A stretch of DNA of 64,000 bases, taken from a virus (lineage: Duplodnaviria > Heunggongvirae > Uroviricota > Caudoviricetes). Location: IMG/VR virus record IMGVR_UViG_3300032220_001761, positions 1,134-65,133 of that record. One strand, written 5' to 3'. The notes under the pieces were generated by a model. The model did no database searches, had not been told where the DNA came from, and worked only from the letters and a program-made list of their open reading frames with translations. A program made the translations under genes and the position numbers. Position 1 is the stretch's first letter, and each line of letters starts with the position of its first letter. This document shows, piece by piece, positions 63,961 to 64,000 of the stretch.

Positions 63961-64000
63961 TGGATTGCCATCAAGGGGATGATTATAATTAGTGCCAAAG

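Noticed and set aside
1-64000. tRNA / tmRNA genes
   Set aside because: Looked through every intergenic gap over 60 bp for acceptor-stem/T-arm-like ends (GGTTCGAATCC-type) and cloverleaf-sized structures. None seen. A proper tRNAscan/ARAGORN run is still needed, since embedded or AT-rich tRNAs are easy to miss by eye.
1-64000. CRISPR arrays, integrases, transposases, IS elements
   Set aside because: No regularly spaced direct repeats. No ORF with integrase (R..H..R..Y) or DDE transposase signatures recognised.

Overview
AT-rich (about 30% GC), densely packed 64-kb segment. Genes sit in long co-directional blocks with frequent 1-20 bp overlaps. Many ORFs are small and have no recognisable homologs. 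The recognisable genes form a characteristic large-phage repertoire: thymidylate-synthase homolog, Dda-like SF1B helicase, RNA ligase, an own sigma-70-family factor, GIY-YIG/T5orf172 protein, GH19 endolysin with a lipoprotein spanin candidate, and translation/tRNA-maintenance genes (SmpB, PTH2, CCA-adding enzyme, GatB/YqeY). I interpret it as part of a jumbo-phage-like genome. A type-IX-secretion C-terminal sorting signal on a secreted subtilisin suggests a Bacteroidota host. A heavily phage-laden bacterial island cannot be fully excluded. Notable modules: (1) an NAD+ reconstitution cluster (PRPP-synthetase-like plus NAMPT-like, consistent with the published NARP1 pathway) with a macro domain and a NADAR ADP-ribosyl-glycohydrolase between them; (2) an RNA-healing/sealing neighbourhood (metallophosphoesterase, AAA+ ATPase, Rnl-family RNA ligase); (3) a secreted protease plus secreted non-specific nuclease; (4) flotillin plus a nucleoside-2-deoxyribosyltransferase/DNPH1-like hydrolase; (5) a glycosylation/methylation island (FkbM, CmcI-like, GT17-like, GT-A) that includes a bona fide methylglyoxal synthase; (6) vWA plus large membrane protein; (7) an ABC importer whose membrane-anchored binding protein is fused to an OmpA peptidoglycan-binding domain; (8) a lysis cassette; (9) a histidine kinase plus receiver-only response regulator in an operon with SmpB; (10) an envelope-lipid group (YciA-like thioesterase, lipoprotein, LpxH-like phosphoesterase, GT2). 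No tRNA, tmRNA, CRISPR array, integrase or transposase was recognised. All family assignments are from motif reading by eye, not from searches.
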